Of a stretch of 64,000 bases of DNA, positions 8,852 to 21,268 are shown piece after piece. A program made the translations under genes and the position numbers. The stretch's first letter is position 1, and every line of letters begins with the position of its first letter. The stretch is from an uncultured Candidatus Saccharibacteria bacterium (GTDB lineage: Bacteria; Patescibacteriota; Minisyncoccia; Phycocordibacterales; UBA918): positions 19,583 to 83,582 of the forward strand of contig CAYGKO010000004.1 in NCBI GenBank assembly GCA_964350735.1, read 5' to 3'. The notes below the pieces were generated by a model. The model ran no database searches. It was given only the letters and a program-made list of their open reading frames with translations, and was not told the origin of the DNA.

Positions 8852-9682
8852 ATGACCCCACCAGACCTATCAAATTTCTCCATCACTGATCCACACTTCG
8901 CCCTTGCTGACGCCGGTGAGGTTCTTTGGCGTAATACGAGCCAAGAGTTGGAGCTTGCGGTTAAATTTACAGACACTACATTTGCCGGATACGATAAATC
9001 GCATAGAGAAGCTCTGGATAAATCTTGGGGTGCTCTAGCCGCTCGAGCAGAATCTAGTTTACCCCCAGGCGACAAATTTAAATTTTATAACAGCGAGATT
9101 TTGAAGTGGGCTGATTTTGATCCTGCTACCAATACCGTCAGTGTCGAGCGCGGGATGTTTTACAAAGACATTACTGCTGTACGGAGCAAACAGGAAGTCT
9201 ACGACAGCATTCCAGCCGCTGATCGGCCCCGGGCTTTTGTACTCATGAATATTCTGATTACGGCTGACAATAAAATTGTACTGGGTCGACGGCCGTACTT
9301 TGGGGACTGGCCGCATGACCGCTTTGAATGCCCGGGTTCGTTTCTGAAGGAGAAACACGTTGTTGAAAGCTCTTTAGCAGAAGTCGCCAAAAGTCGTGTG
9401 TATGATGACTATAAAAACCACCCTCCCCTACAGACCACACCGCTGCTTATCTGTGACCTGCCTCGTGTCATGGAGACTTTTGCGCTCTACGTAACCCACA
9501 CTAGCATCATTGCTGATCAGCTCGAATCAGACTGCTATACTGACATCCTCACCATTGAAAACTCCCCCGCCGGCTTCGAACAGCTGAAATCACTGCCAAT
9601 CGACCAATTCCACCCACCGTCTAGGACAATGCTGCAGGCGTATTTTGAATCAGAAATAACGCTGAGCGAAGTACGTAACTAA
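8852..9682 (+). CDS. Hypothetical protein
   Basis: 276 aa ORF with typical coding density and no recognisable domain. Confidence 0.4.
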   Translation: MTPPDLSNFSITDPHFALADAGEVLWRNTSQELELAVKFTDTTFAGYDKSHREALDKSWGALAARAESSLPPGDKFKFYNSEILKWADFDPATNTVSVERGMFYKDITAVRSKQEVYDSIPAADRPRAFVLMNILITADNKIVLGRRPYFGDWPHDRFECPGSFLKEKHVVESSLAEVAKSRVYDDYKNHPPLQTTPLLICDLPRVMETFALYVTHTSIIADQLESDCYTDILTIENSPAGFEQLKSLPIDQFHPPSRTMLQAYFESEITLSEVRN

Positions 9683-9725
9683 AGTAAGAGGCGCCCACGA
9701 ATTTAATCGCAGGCGCCCAAGTCTT

Positions 9726-10148
9726 TCATGAGTCAAATGACATAGTCAATGTGCCAGAGGCGCATTCTAATTGCAGCCTTGCAATCAGTTTCCAGCGGTC
9801 AGGTACAGCGTCAAAAAGATCCATCCCAAGTACAGCGTCACCATTCCAAATGATACCCCGCTTAGGATACCGCTGGCTCATTTTGCCAGTTTTAGTTCGC
9901 GCACCTGGATACTCGACGTACATTCGTCGCCCACGTTCTTCCCTGACTGGAGCACCAATAGCGCTGCAGCGCTCAAACGCCAGTCGGCCTTGTACCAAGT
10001 TTTCAACCGGGCCTGATTGTATCCCGACCAGCTTGAAAAAATTTCCTTTATTGTCGTTAATGACCTGATTCAACACAAGCCGTGCATCAGCTCTGCCTGC
10101 TCGACGAATTGTCACAGCCCCGATCATTCTTTTTGGATCATCTGTCAT
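9726..10148 (-). CDS. Hypothetical protein
   Basis: 140 aa ORF. It is basic and has no motif. Confidence 0.3.
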   Translation of the reverse strand: MTDDPKRMIGAVTIRRAGRADARLVLNQVINDNKGNFFKLVGIQSGPVENLVQGRLAFERCSAIGAPVREERGRRMYVEYPGARTKTGKMSQRYPKRGIIWNGDAVLGMDLFDAVPDRWKLIARLQLECASGTLTMSFDS

Positions 10149-10263
10149 TCCTTATTCCTTCCTTCAGCTGCAAACTAACTACTCATTTTATGACAAAAAA
10201 ATACACTCCTGTCAATCATCCCCGGGACAACATCTAAACTTACGCTAATCTTACTACCGATTA

Positions 10264-10764
10264 CTACTGGTACAAAAACATTGAATCTCCTACCCATACA
10301 TGGACAAAAAGAATTGCCAGAGCAACCAGCAAAGCTGGGAACAGTAATCGTGGTTCCCATTTGATAAGTAAGAATCCTAATACTACAGCAATCTGATCAG
10401 CTATCAGTCGATTCAGAAAGGTTTCTTCACCAGCAAACCAATTGGCTAAAAACGAAATGTCAGACAGCTCTATGTAATGTTCGATAATTTCCCAACCGAA
10501 AGAGACCAGTAGCAACAGCATGATGGGATGGTGAAAATTAACCGATCGCAAAGATATGGTGAAATACGCCAACACTGCACCAGTAGCAACGTGTGTAATA
10601 GTCCAGATATCAAAAATACTATCCTGCTTATGGCCAAACAGATTAATATCAGAAATAACCCAAGCAACTAAAGAAATCATTAACCCCATTAGAATTAAAT
10701 AGATTTCAGGTCGAAAAGAATAGTGATCCTTCTCTGAAAAAATAACCTCGCGCCAAGACTTCAT
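10264..10764 (-). CDS. Hypothetical integral membrane protein
   Basis: 166 aa with 4-5 hydrophobic helices. Confidence 0.4.
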   Translation of the reverse strand: MKSWREVIFSEKDHYSFRPEIYLILMGLMISLVAWVISDINLFGHKQDSIFDIWTITHVATGAVLAYFTISLRSVNFHHPIMLLLLVSFGWEIIEHYIELSDISFLANWFAGEETFLNRLIADQIAVVLGFLLIKWEPRLLFPALLVALAILFVHVWVGDSMFLYQ

Positions 10765-10773
10765 GAATCTGCA

Positions 10774-11667
10774 CTATGACATCGCACGTAATCGAGCAAT
10801 CCGGTCCTGTGCCGGTGGGTGGGTTTGGAAGAGACCACCAATTTTTTGCATAAAGCTACGCTTCTCGCCCTCAGCAAACGGATCTGAGATAAATAAGTGG
10901 GCCGTAGCGTGGCTACGCTTCTGCATTGGACGCGCTGCCCCAGAAATCTTTTCAAGCGCTGAAGCGAGTCCTTCCGGGTAGCGCGTTAGGAGCGCTCCCG
11001 TGGCATCAGCTAGATACTCCCGCTTACGGGAGATGGTCATCTGGATCATCTGAGCTGCCAGTGGCGCGAGGATAATCCCGACGATCCCCAAAACAAGAAA
11101 GGCTGGATGTCGATCACGTCCATCGCCACCAAACAAGAAGGCTCGGGATAAGAAGTCAGCCAGGATAGCCACGAAGCCTGCTAGCACTACGGCTACGGTC
11201 ATCACCAACATGTCGCGGTTGCCGACGTGCGCCAGCTCGTGCGCCATCACGCCTTCAATTTCATTACGGTCAAGCATCTCTAGTAGACCGGTAGTCGCTG
11301 CCACCACTGCGTGTTCGGGGTTTCTTCCGGTCGCAAACGCATTCGGCGCCGGGTCGTTTACCACGTACACCTTTGGCATGGGAAGGCCAGCAGTGATAGA
11401 CAGGTTCTCTACGATATTGATTAGCTCGCGGTGCTGGTTCAGATCAGCCTCTACGGCACCCGTCATCTTAAGTACCATCTTGTCAGAGTAATAATAACTA
11501 TAGAAATTCATCCCGAAGGCAAAGATCACCGCTCCATAGAGAATGATTGGATTTCCCATGTACCACGCTGCTGCGTAGCCAATTGCGATCACAAACGCCA
11601 AAAACCCACCCATCAAGAGATAGGTTTTGAAAATATTGCTACTTTGTTGAGTATATAACGTGGCCAT
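10774..11667 (-). CDS. htpX: Zinc metalloprotease HtpX (M48 family)
   Basis: 297 aa. Two N-terminal TM helices are followed by the HEXXH motif (HELAHVGNRD), with further TM helices and the conserved overall layout of HtpX. Confidence 0.85.
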   Translation of the reverse strand: MATLYTQQSSNIFKTYLLMGGFLAFVIAIGYAAAWYMGNPIILYGAVIFAFGMNFYSYYYSDKMVLKMTGAVEADLNQHRELINIVENLSITAGLPMPKVYVVNDPAPNAFATGRNPEHAVVAATTGLLEMLDRNEIEGVMAHELAHVGNRDMLVMTVAVVLAGFVAILADFLSRAFLFGGDGRDRHPAFLVLGIVGIILAPLAAQMIQMTISRKREYLADATGALLTRYPEGLASALEKISGAARPMQKRSHATAHLFISDPFAEGEKRSFMQKIGGLFQTHPPAQDRIARLRAMS

Positions 11668-11673
11668 ATTAAT

Positions 11674-12192
11674 TTATACGCTTTCTAATTGAGAATTATT
11701 TCCAATCTTAAAAAATCGGCCTAAATACCAGGCTACTATCACCAAAAATCCCGCACCATTAAATACATCGAGATATGTTACTTGATCAGACGCTATGTCA
11801 GGCATGAGAGCGGCATACACAATGATTGTGACCCCTATGTACGGTATTGCTATAAAAAACAGTACCCGAAACGTGGCAGCAACATAAATAACAACATATT
11901 TTTCGATAAATGATGTGTCTGTTGCGTGTAGATGATTGAAGTAGAAGATTGGCAAAATCATGCCAGCAATTCCTACGAGCGTTAGCAGTAGCTCAATACT
12001 CCACGGTTCAGCAAGTCCCATAAACCGAGATCCTTCATACCCGACCACCATAATGAGTGACCAGGCGACAAAATACGACAACCGCTCAGACTGGGACATG
12101 ACCCCTGTCTCAAGCCGGACCACTGCTTTAGTAGGACTCCAAAACGCCCTGTGCCAAAATTTTACTGTTTGTTCACTTTGTTGATCAAGCAT
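11674..12192 (-). CDS. Hypothetical membrane protein
   Basis: 172 aa and multi-TM. Confidence 0.4.
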   Translation of the reverse strand: MLDQQSEQTVKFWHRAFWSPTKAVVRLETGVMSQSERLSYFVAWSLIMVVGYEGSRFMGLAEPWSIELLLTLVGIAGMILPIFYFNHLHATDTSFIEKYVVIYVAATFRVLFFIAIPYIGVTIIVYAALMPDIASDQVTYLDVFNGAGFLVIVAWYLGRFFKIGNNSQLESV

Positions 12193-12196
12193 GTAT

Positions 12197-12571
12197 TTAG
12201 CCTTTTATCCCCTGTGGTGACTCGTTACTCTCGTACGTCTTATCATCAGACCAATGCAAGAAGCAGCGTTTTTCATAGGTACCTTTAGCTGCAATGTTTT
12301 TATCCATCGCTTGGCGGACATCTTCTTCGGTAAATTGCAGATATTCATTGAGGGTATCGAGTACCAACATCAAGTCAGAGAACTCTTCCAAGAAATCTTC
12401 TTTCGTCCGCACCATTGAAAGTGCTTTGGCCTCTTCTACCACTTTTTTCATAAGTTCTTGGTGGAACTCGTCATTATCAACGATTGGTCGAACATCACAC
12501 AGCTCACCTTTACCAAGAATAATATCTTGGATGTTATCTCGAATTAATTTATTGTAGTAGATTTTTGCCAT
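12197..12571 (-). CDS. MazG-like all-alpha nucleoside triphosphate pyrophosphohydrolase (COG4997-type)
   Basis: 124 aa. The N-terminal YNKLIRDNIQDII matches the YNKLVRDKIPEII signature of house-cleaning NTP-PPases, and the following helices are acidic. Confidence 0.5.
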   Translation of the reverse strand: MAKIYYNKLIRDNIQDIILGKGELCDVRPIVDNDEFHQELMKKVVEEAKALSMVRTKEDFLEEFSDLMLVLDTLNEYLQFTEEDVRQAMDKNIAAKGTYEKRCFLHWSDDKTYESNESPQGIKG

Positions 12572-12573
12572 AT

Positions 12574-13527
12574 TTATTGATTAGGCGGAGTAACGTTTGA
12601 AGTACTTGGGTCGGGACTAGCAGGAACGGTCGTGCTGACAGTAGACCCACCTGCACCAGGCTGGGTGTTTTTGCGAACGAGCATCTTTTCGAGCAGTTCT
12701 GGATTGAAGTTAGTTGGAACAGTTTGTTCGGTTGCGTAGATATACAAGAGCGTCCGCAGAATACCAGACATTGCCGACGCGATCAGTCCCATGACAAGGA
12801 ACCAAACCAGCAAAAATCCTAATGATACAAAGGCCAAAATCTCTATTCCGCTGGCAAAGAAAAAGAAGGCCAGACCACCGAGCGAGCAGATAGCGAGAAG
12901 ATGTAGCCCAAGAAAGACGAGTCCGTACGATATATTACTCACAAACGCTTCACCCCAAGTTTGTTTGAAAACCCGCGCTGAAGTACCGATTGACTGAAAG
13001 GCTGAATGATTGCTAATAACCATCGCTGGGACCACGAAGTACGTTAGTACTGCCCAGACTGCCCCAAAGATCATGGCGACAATCTTGCCGAGAATTTCAG
13101 ATCGTTCAGAGATAACGCGCAAGACAATCCCAACTGTACTGGTGATAAGTGACCATAAAAACAGTGATCCCCAGTGCGAAAAGGCCACCTTGAGTGATTC
13201 ACCAAGCGTAGCGTCTCCTCCGTGGGCTCTGGTGTATACCGTATGAGCCGTGGCTGCTTGCGCTAGCGCCAGCGTAAACGCTCCAATCACATAACATAAG
13301 AATAGGAAACCGATACTTACGAGGGAATTTTCTGAAGCCAGAATGTCGGTAGTGAGCACTATAAGAGTAATCAAAACTCCAAACAGCAACAAATTCAGCA
13401 CTCCGGTAACAATCGGGATTAAAAGTAGCTCTTTATCTAACATCAGAAACCGCCAGGTTTCTTTGAACAAAATCCACCCCGCCTTTATTCTTCCAACTGG
13501 TTCCCCTCCTAAGGTTACTTTTGCCAT
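12574..13527 (-). CDS. Hypothetical polytopic membrane protein with a Ser/Thr/Pro-rich C-terminal tail
   Basis: 317 aa with at least 6 TM helices. The tail reads GAGGSTVSTTVPASPDPSTSNVTPP. Confidence 0.45.
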   Translation of the reverse strand: MAKVTLGGEPVGRIKAGWILFKETWRFLMLDKELLLIPIVTGVLNLLLFGVLITLIVLTTDILASENSLVSIGFLFLCYVIGAFTLALAQAATAHTVYTRAHGGDATLGESLKVAFSHWGSLFLWSLITSTVGIVLRVISERSEILGKIVAMIFGAVWAVLTYFVVPAMVISNHSAFQSIGTSARVFKQTWGEAFVSNISYGLVFLGLHLLAICSLGGLAFFFFASGIEILAFVSLGFLLVWFLVMGLIASAMSGILRTLLYIYATEQTVPTNFNPELLEKMLVRKNTQPGAGGSTVSTTVPASPDPSTSNVTPPNQ

Positions 13528-13532
13528 AGCGT

Positions 13533-14108
13533 TTAGAAGTTTACTTTGACGTTTTCCCGTTCTTCACTCCCCTCTTCTAGCTCAAAGTAAGGCTCTTCCT
13601 TGAAGCCAAACATATTTCCAATAATATTGCTTGGGAATGACTGGAGGCCAATTACCAAGTCACGAACATTGGTGTTATAGAACCGTCGGGCTGCCTGGAT
13701 CTTGTTTTCTGTATCTGCGAGCTCAGTCTGTAGCTGGGCAAAGTTAGTATTTGCTTTCAGGTCTGGGTAGGCTTCAGCGATTGCCAAGAGACCCCCAAGT
13801 GCACCAGTCAAAGCAGACTCAGCACCAGCCATCGCAGTAATCTGCTCTGGAGTCACGTTAGACGGGTCGACGTTCGTCTGGGTTGCCTTCGCCCGAGCAT
13901 CAGTTACTGCTTGCAACGCTTCCCGTTCATGCGCTGCGTACCCTTTCACCGTCTCGATCAAGTTTGGGATGAGGTCATATCGACGCTTGAGTTGTACGTC
14001 AATATCCGCCCACGCCTCTTTCGTTCGTTGAGTAAGTTTTACAAAATTGTTGTACGCATAGATAACGTACAACACCACAACAGCAATAATTCCAATTCCA
14101 ATCCACAT
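13533..14108 (-). CDS. lemA: LemA family protein
   Basis: 191 aa with an N-terminal TM. It carries the LemA signature (AYNNFVKLTQRTKEAWADIDVQLKRRYDLIPNLIETVKGYAAHE). Confidence 0.85.
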   Translation of the reverse strand: MWIGIGIIAVVVLYVIYAYNNFVKLTQRTKEAWADIDVQLKRRYDLIPNLIETVKGYAAHEREALQAVTDARAKATQTNVDPSNVTPEQITAMAGAESALTGALGGLLAIAEAYPDLKANTNFAQLQTELADTENKIQAARRFYNTNVRDLVIGLQSFPSNIIGNMFGFKEEPYFELEEGSEERENVKVNF

Positions 14109-14186
14109 AAAATTCCAAGTTTAGTCGATAATACGTTTATTTTATCATAAAAAACTAATTACATTGTCACAGCCACATAATCTGGT

Positions 14187-15446
14187 ATGTTTATATTCAT
14201 GAAAAAAATAGCCATCATAGGTGCTGGTATCACAGGGATCAGTGCTCTACACTTATTAAAAAAGTACTCGGACTATGACGTTACTTTGTTTGAGAAGGAA
14301 GATCGTATTGGCGGACATGCAAACCCTGTGTGGGTAGGAAACCAGTATGTAGACACTGCATTCATGGTTTACAACCAAGAAATGTATCCAAATCTAATAC
14401 ATTTTTTTCATGAACTCGGAGTTGAAAAAATTAACAGCAATATGTCAATTGCTGCCGAAGATAAAAACACTGGTATATGCTATTCATCTGATGACGTGTG
14501 GTCAAAATTTTGGTATTCACCTAGTCATTTTAAAATCTTATTTAGTTCACTCCGGTTTTACCGAAAAGTTAAACATGATTTAGCTCAAAATATGATTGAT
14601 CCTGAGATTAGTATTCGGGAATATATAAATCAAAACAATTTTAACGACAATCCCGGAGTTAATCACATGATTTTGCCGCTAGTTGCAGCGATCTGGAGTC
14701 AGCTCGACAGTAAAATTTATGATGTTTCAGCAAAATCTATCTTTGACTTCTTCAACAATCATAAACTCATGAGTGCAAAACAACCTGTCTGGTTTACCCC
14801 TGCCAACAGATCAGATGCCTACCTCAAAGCCATTGAAGACCTCTATGCTGCAGATATTGTTACAAATGCCCAAGTAGAAAGTGTTTCTGGAGTTAACAGA
14901 AAAAAAGTTTCTTATCGGAAAAATCAAACCCTTACAGAGACTGAGTTTGACATCGTAATATTTTCCACCCACTCTGACCAAACACTCGCTGTCGCTAAAT
15001 CGCTTAACCCCACTATCTGTCGGACATTGGCCAATATTCCTTACACAAGCAACAGAACGGTTCTCCACACAGACGAAAAAATGATGCCCACAGACAAACA
15101 GAAATGGTCTGCCTGGAATGTTGTCGCGGAGGGAGAACAGTCGATGTGTAGTTACTGGTTAAATAAACTACAAGCCCTTGATTCTGGAACGGACTACATC
15201 GTCACCCTTAATCCCACAGTAGATTTAGACAAAGAAAAAGTGATCGCTGAATTTGACTTCGCCCATCCAAAATTTGGACCCAAAACAGCAGAATCACAAA
15301 AAAATGTCCACGACGCCCAAGGAAAAGACGGATATTATTTTGCTGGAGCCTGGTTACGTGACGGATTTCACGAAGATGGAATCTGGAGTGCAGTCACCTG
15401 TGTAAAAGCACTTGGCGTAAACTTACCAGAAGAATACAAGACATAG
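14187..15446 (+). CDS. NAD(P)/FAD-dependent oxidoreductase (amine-oxidase-like)
   Basis: 419 aa with the N-terminal Rossmann motif KKIAIIGAGITGISA...FEKEDRIGG. It lies immediately upstream of a CFA-synthase-like gene, which is a conserved pair in many bacteria. The region is AT-rich. Confidence 0.7.
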   Translation: MFIFMKKIAIIGAGITGISALHLLKKYSDYDVTLFEKEDRIGGHANPVWVGNQYVDTAFMVYNQEMYPNLIHFFHELGVEKINSNMSIAAEDKNTGICYSSDDVWSKFWYSPSHFKILFSSLRFYRKVKHDLAQNMIDPEISIREYINQNNFNDNPGVNHMILPLVAAIWSQLDSKIYDVSAKSIFDFFNNHKLMSAKQPVWFTPANRSDAYLKAIEDLYAADIVTNAQVESVSGVNRKKVSYRKNQTLTETEFDIVIFSTHSDQTLAVAKSLNPTICRTLANIPYTSNRTVLHTDEKMMPTDKQKWSAWNVVAEGEQSMCSYWLNKLQALDSGTDYIVTLNPTVDLDKEKVIAEFDFAHPKFGPKTAESQKNVHDAQGKDGYYFAGAWLRDGFHEDGIWSAVTCVKALGVNLPEEYKT

Positions 15447-15449
15447 TGT

Positions 15450-16562
15450 ATGCTAAACAAAATTGCCAAACAACACATCGAAAACCTCCTTGAGGAGGCG
15501 AACATCACAGTTGGTGGCTCATCACCTGGTGACATAGAAATACACGACGAATCAGTATACAAACGCATTCTGTTTGGTGGTCTTTTGGCTATCGGTGAAT
15601 CCTACACCGATAAGCAGTGGGACTCTAACGATCTGGTTGCTACCATTGAAAAACTAATAACGTCAGGGCTAGACGAGAGAAAGATTTCCCTAGATCCTTC
15701 CTTTTTTTTATGGAAATCTACTCTGATTAATCTTCAGAAGAAATCGCGTTCGTTTGAAGTTGGGACCGCTCATTACGATCTTGGCAATGAATTATACGAA
15801 CTCATGTTAGGAGGCACACATATGCAGTACACTTGCGGTATCTGGAATCATGGTGCCGCAGATCTAAACGAGGCTCAAATGGAAAAAATGGATCATGTCT
15901 GCAAAACTTTGGATCTCAAGCCTGGCAAGCGTTTACTCGATGTCGGTTGTGGCTGGGGTGGTCTAATGAAATTTGCGTCTGAAAATTATGGGATTGAATG
16001 TGTTGGTATTTCTGTATCAAAAGAGCAAACTAGTTGGGCTCGAGAGAGCTTTGGCGATTTGCCATGTGAAATTACTATCACAGACTACCGTGATTTTTAT
16101 GACGACGCTGGATTTGACTATGTCACTAGTATCGAAATGATAGAAGCTGTTGGACCAAAAAACTTCCACGTGTTCTTCAAAAAAATGCACAGTCTACTGA
16201 AAACAGACGGTAAATTTTTACTCCAAGCGATCGTAAGCGCCTATGATACACCCGAGACGAATCCTTGGTTTGATAAATACATATTTCCGAACGGCATCTT
16301 TCCTGCTGCTCACCAGCTACAGACGGCTAGTTACGGCTTATTTCACTGGGATAAAATGGAAGACTTCGGAACTGACTATGAAACCACCCTTAGAGCGTGG
16401 TGGTCAAATCTTGACAGTGGCTACGAAACTTTAAGAAAAATTGACCCAAAAAAGTACAACGACAATCTCTACCGGATTTTTAAGTTTTACTTACTTTCGA
16501 TGGCCGCAAACGCCAAAGTTCGTCGCATGTATGACTGGCAACTTCTAATGACCAAACGCTGA
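15450..16562 (+). CDS. Cyclopropane-fatty-acyl-phospholipid synthase family SAM-dependent methyltransferase
   Basis: 370 aa with SAM motif I (LLDVGCGWGGLMKFA). The CFA-synthase family length and the conserved C-terminal region match. Confidence 0.8.
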   Translation: MLNKIAKQHIENLLEEANITVGGSSPGDIEIHDESVYKRILFGGLLAIGESYTDKQWDSNDLVATIEKLITSGLDERKISLDPSFFLWKSTLINLQKKSRSFEVGTAHYDLGNELYELMLGGTHMQYTCGIWNHGAADLNEAQMEKMDHVCKTLDLKPGKRLLDVGCGWGGLMKFASENYGIECVGISVSKEQTSWARESFGDLPCEITITDYRDFYDDAGFDYVTSIEMIEAVGPKNFHVFFKKMHSLLKTDGKFLLQAIVSAYDTPETNPWFDKYIFPNGIFPAAHQLQTASYGLFHWDKMEDFGTDYETTLRAWWSNLDSGYETLRKIDPKKYNDNLYRIFKFYLLSMAANAKVRRMYDWQLLMTKR

Positions 16563-16590
16563 CCTAGCTAATAAAACAGTCATGATTAGA

Positions 16591-17358
16591 CTACTTGCAC
16601 ACCTTCGACTGTTCCCAAATGGTCATATACATCGCGCGCATCATGTTGGCGTGTTCGGCGGATTGGAAGATAGCGGCGTTATTCTTTTCTTTGGGGGCGA
16701 TATACATGACTGAGTCGTCGTAGATAAAAATGGTGGTTTGGAACTGCCCCATCATGGTTTTGGGTAAGATGCGGATCTCGGCGGTGTTTTGGTAGAACTT
16801 TTCAATAATCTCGGGCGCAATTGGCTCTTCCCAGAGGTGCTTGGAGGTAATCCCCCGCTTCTTGCGCTCGGCCACGTAGCGCGTGGCGAAGTCAAAGCCG
16901 GTTTGGAAAAAGAAGTTATTGATCGGGGCGATCGACATGATGTGCTTATCCTTGCAGTACAAACTATTAAAGACAATCCGTTCAATCGCTTGCTGATCTT
17001 CGAAGTACGTAATCCGCGGTCGATCCTCATCAATCATTTCATCTTCTGAATGCGCGATAAATTCTTCGAGCGCGGCTTCGGTTTCAAGCAGCGCCTTTCG
17101 TTCTTTGGCCAGAATGTCACGCAGACGACTGAGGTCAGTCACCTGCCAGCGGTTATACTCGCCCACCTGAATCCGACCCACCAAGCCACGCTGCTCGAGA
17201 CTGTTCATGGCGTGATAGACCGATGGTCGCTTCATGCCGGTTTGGACCATAATATCCTTCACCTTCACATTGCCATTAATCATCGTTAAAAAGACGGTGA
17301 TTTCGGAGTCTTTGAGGCCGAGCTGCTTAAGCAAAGCCTGGTATTCGAGGTTTTCCAT
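16591..17358 (-). CDS. TrmB-family transcriptional regulator
   Basis: The N-terminal wHTH (LGLKDSEITVFLTMINGNVKVKDIMVQTGMKRPSVYHAMNSLEQRGLV) is followed by a TrmB-like C-terminal domain. The start is taken at MENLEY because the upstream 26 codons of the ORF look non-coding, and a TATAAT-like box precedes it. Confidence 0.7.
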   Translation of the reverse strand: MENLEYQALLKQLGLKDSEITVFLTMINGNVKVKDIMVQTGMKRPSVYHAMNSLEQRGLVGRIQVGEYNRWQVTDLSRLRDILAKERKALLETEAALEEFIAHSEDEMIDEDRPRITYFEDQQAIERIVFNSLYCKDKHIMSIAPINNFFFQTGFDFATRYVAERKKRGITSKHLWEEPIAPEIIEKFYQNTAEIRILPKTMMGQFQTTIFIYDDSVMYIAPKEKNNAAIFQSAEHANMMRAMYMTIWEQSKVCK

Positions 17359-17458
17359 AATTGTATAATGAATATACAACAATATAGTACAAATTACTAT
17401 TCCCCCGTATCTTGGTACGTAGAAGAGAAAGTTCATTCACAAGAGAAGGAGACACGTT

Positions 17459-18124
17459 ATGCGTGACACTAATGAAATCGTCTTGAACGATGTTATGCGG
17501 TCCGTTGCCTTTATCAGCTCTAAGCTGCAGCAGCGTGTCCGTCATCCGAACCTCGTCGCCTCACTGCTTGAAAAGGTGGTTGGTGAATACGATGACTTGA
17601 CCCGTGACTACCACGGCGTTGGTCACCTGGACTACGGCTTTGAGTGGCTGCAGCGACTGGAGAAGTACCTTACCGATCCAGCCATGCTCAACCTCATCTG
17701 GCTGAACCATGATCGCTATTGGGCCTACGGTTGCTCTCAGAATGAATTCTGGAGTGGCAAGATGGCTGTCGTTGACGCGACGCAGTTTGGTATGAACGGA
17801 AAAGACCTGGCGGTCTTGGACGCTGGTATCAACGCTACGAAGCATCATCTGGTTCCGGGTGATTATCCCGGTCAGATCGAAGATCTGAAGATCTTGCTCG
17901 ACATTGACTTGTCAGGCCTCGGGGCACCGCTCGAAGACTTCATGCGGACCAATGCAGCCGTGCGAGCTGAAGCTGGCAACACCAGCGAAGCAGACATCGT
18001 CTCTGGTCAGCGGAAGTTTGCGCTCAGTATGCTTGAGCGCAATCAGATCTTCCAGACTCGTCACTTCGCCGACCGCGAAGCTCAGGCGCGCAGCAACTTG
18101 CAGCTGCTCGTTGACGCGGCATAA
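17459..18124 (+). CDS. Hypothetical protein
   Basis: 221 aa, soluble, with no clear motif. Confidence 0.4.
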   Translation: MRDTNEIVLNDVMRSVAFISSKLQQRVRHPNLVASLLEKVVGEYDDLTRDYHGVGHLDYGFEWLQRLEKYLTDPAMLNLIWLNHDRYWAYGCSQNEFWSGKMAVVDATQFGMNGKDLAVLDAGINATKHHLVPGDYPGQIEDLKILLDIDLSGLGAPLEDFMRTNAAVRAEAGNTSEADIVSGQRKFALSMLERNQIFQTRHFADREAQARSNLQLLVDAA

Positions 18125-18176
18125 CACCACCTTCACCAATGCGTGAGCCCTACTACTTTGGGCTCACGCTTTTCTT

Positions 18177-18809
18177 TTAATCTTTTATCAGTAGTGTCTT
18201 GGCGAATCGATACAAGACGTAGGCATTTATAATATGCCAAAAGATATGAAGGCCGTGACCGCCTGTAATTTCGCAGTACGCAAGATCAAGCTGTCGCATA
18301 GTCAGCGAGAATGCAAAGATGCATAAAGTAACAAAGAAATATCGGGCCTGCACTGGATTGGTTTTATATAAAAAGAAGCTAACCACCAGAGCAAACGCCA
18401 AGGCTGCGCCATAACCAGCACCGACCTGAATCACCACCGGGCCAAACACTGACGTCAGTACAAATACCATCATCACCAATAAACGCTGCCAGCGTGGGAC
18501 AATCATTTGCTGCAGCAAAAACCATAGAAACGTGAGTAAAAATAGTTGAATTGGAATCACATCAAGCGCCAAAGACCACGGCTCACGGAAGAAGTGCCAA
18601 AGTCCACTCCCTACTCCGACTGCTGCCAGGATACCGGCTAGTATCAGCACTTGCCGATGATGCTTGCCCTCGCCAACATCTCTAGTGAGACGCCAGATAT
18701 AATAGGCCCCTACAATAAAAGCCAAATTTGAAATCGTATTCAAAGGCTCAAAGACATTCCCCCAGATTGGTAACTCGCAGTAGAGTGGCATAATGCACAA
18801 GTATACCAA
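18177..18809 (-). CDS. Alkaline ceramidase-like (CREST superfamily) integral membrane hydrolase
   Basis: 210 aa with 7 predicted TM helices. The N-terminal CELPIWGNVFEPLNTISNLAFI resembles the ceramidase family (WCEENY...AEFWNTVSNL). Confidence 0.45.
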   Translation of the reverse strand: MVYLCIMPLYCELPIWGNVFEPLNTISNLAFIVGAYYIWRLTRDVGEGKHHRQVLILAGILAAVGVGSGLWHFFREPWSLALDVIPIQLFLLTFLWFLLQQMIVPRWQRLLVMMVFVLTSVFGPVVIQVGAGYGAALAFALVVSFFLYKTNPVQARYFFVTLCIFAFSLTMRQLDLAYCEITGGHGLHIFWHIINAYVLYRFAKTLLIKD

Positions 18810-19003
18810 AACAAAAAGCGCCTTAAGGGCGCTTTTTGTTTAATCTACCTTCTGCACTACATCCCCATCCCCAGCGTCAGATTTCTAAACTCGCTTCATT
18901 GGTTAAGAATCTTCTGCATGACCTCGTGGTTTTGCTATTAGAACAACCAAGGCATCACTCTCTGGCTCAATGGGAATGTAAAAATCTCTGCAGATACGCG
19001 GCA

Positions 19004-19053
19004 CACAAGAAAAAAGATCCGAGTGGGGCACGTGCCCAGCAAGGATCTTTTTT
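19004..19053 (-). terminator. Terminator downstream of groEL
   Basis: The stem aaaaagatcc...ggatctttttt encloses the palindrome gggcacgtgccc, with a T-run on the minus strand. Confidence 0.5.
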
Positions 19054-19082
19054 CGTAGTGCAACAAAGTAGCTGCTAGATTT

Positions 19083-21069
<1,987 letters not shown>

Positions 21070-21268
21070 CATACGTACAGTTACAAAGATTATTATGTAA
21101 TTAAATCTACTTTCCCTATCCATTGCCTCACGTCACCAAAACACGTCATCATTCCCGTGATGCGGCACTATTATACTGCAGCTGCGAGAGGTTGCAATTT
21201 TTGACTAAAAAACGTAGATTTGAATCAATGACCCCAGTGCTAATTTTGGCCAAACGCGGGAGGATGTC

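Noticed and set aside
21235-21243. CIRCE-like half site (cagtgctaa) in the groES upstream region
   Set aside because: Only one half of the TTAGCACTC-N9-GAGTGCTAA inverted repeat is present and no partner lies 9 nt away. No hrcA is visible, so this is not called as a CIRCE operator.
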